Part shown: piece by piece, positions 63,236-64,000 of the stretch
Layout: each line of letters opens with the position of its first letter
Numbering within the stretch: the first letter of the stretch is position 1
Sequence record: NC_041878.1
Direction: 5' to 3' (one strand)
DNA length: 64,000 nt
Translations under genes and position numbers: made by a program
Notes under the pieces: generated by a model
Told to the model about the DNA's origin: nothing
Database searches by the model: none
Seen by the model: the letters and a program-made list of their open reading frames with translations, nothing else

Positions 63236-64000
63236 ATGAAAGGCAAATATTTTTTCAACGATGGTCGTCAGAACATTGAAATTCAAGAGTTCGATTACGA
63301 CTATGTTCGTAACTCATTGTTAAAAGTATTTGATAAGAACGTTGCTAAGAAATATATCTTCAACGTTATTGTCAGCCGTACCTATGATGGTAACGGTATG
63401 CCGATCTTTGATGTTCGTCCGTTGAATCTGAACGACATTTTCTATGATAGTACTCGGCTCCGTGTACTGGAAATGATGTTAGATGACATTTATTTCGGAC
63501 GGATCTCAATCAAAGAACTTCCGGTTCCTCGCTTACAGCAGGAATATCAGGAGTATCTTGAAGGTCGTGCAAAACCAGTAGTACAAAATACTACACCTGA
63601 CGTTCCTGCACCAATCGTGTTCGAACGTGTAGAACTGAACGAAAACGATTCACGTCTTCCTGCTATCATTGAAATGCAGAAAGATCAAGAAAACTTTCAT
63701 CCAATGAAAGTACTCGACTGGATTGAAAACTTCGAAGTGTGTAGCCAGGAAATCACGGTTAGCATTCAGAAGTCATCCGAAGAACAGATTCGTTTAGTAC
63801 AGGTCTTGAAAACTAACAGTGAATACATCCACGGTGTTTTCAACAATCTGACCTCTGTACTGGAAAGTTTGTTCCCACTGAAGCCAAGCTTTACACAACG
63901 TCTGTTCGGTTATAAGAAAGATGTTGAAGTGAAGCAGGAAGACTTAGGTACTATTCTAAGTACTCTGCGTAATGCGGTTGCTATTGACCCTAATCGCTTT
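63236..64000 (+). CDS. Hypothetical protein, 3'-truncated by window edge (absent from the supplied ORF track)
   Basis: ATG 63236 opens 255 uninterrupted codons (MKGKYFFNDGRQ...LRNAVAIDPNRF) to the window end. Confidence 0.8.
   Translation, partial: MKGKYFFNDGRQNIEIQEFDYDYVRNSLLKVFDKNVAKKYIFNVIVSRTYDGNGMPIFDVRPLNLNDIFYDSTRLRVLEMMLDDIYFGRISIKELPVPRLQQEYQEYLEGRAKPVVQNTTPDVPAPIVFERVELNENDSRLPAIIEMQKDQENFHPMKVLDWIENFEVCSQEITVSIQKSSEEQIRLVQVLKTNSEYIHGVFNNLTSVLESLFPLKPSFTQRLFGYKKDVEVKQEDLGTILSTLRNAVAIDPNRF

Overview
This is 64 kb of an AT-rich, densely coding jumbo myophage genome with a T4-related core. Gene content suggests the RaK2/GAP32/PBECO4-type enterobacterial jumbo group, but that is inference and no database search was run. 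The window starts inside a tail fibre gene. It then carries a scattered replisome: B-family polymerase, clamp, two clamp-loader subunits, gp32-like SSB, primase, gp41-like helicase and a two-subunit type II topoisomerase. Recombination and repair genes include UvsX, UvsY, UvsW, a Dda-like helicase, T4-type RNase H, RNase HI and two exonucleases. Nucleotide metabolism covers NrdA, NrdB, DHFR, a MazG-like pyrophosphatase and a HAD phosphatase. Also present are the terminase large subunit, probable virion proteins, and host-takeover genes (IF-3, ClpS, two GroES-like proteins). The window ends in a putative early region. Most notable observations: (1) a minimal DnaE-type (C-family) polymerase core split into two genes 34 kb apart, with the catalytic aspartates retained; (2) roughly 6-8-fold excess of the palindrome AGTACT in all three codon phases; (3) a 12-copy promoter class TGAAAC-N14-TGnTATAAT; (4) a tandem pair of T4-T-like holin paralogues; (5) a degenerate terminase-ATPase paralogue directly upstream of terL; (6) tandem HExxH proteins with capsid-targeting or prohead-protease-like motifs, one also carrying a GNAT-like module; (7) a CTA-to-CTG leucine codon switch at the early-gene boundary. 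No rRNA, tRNA, CRISPR array, intein or IS element was recognised. Family assignments come from motif recognition from memory.
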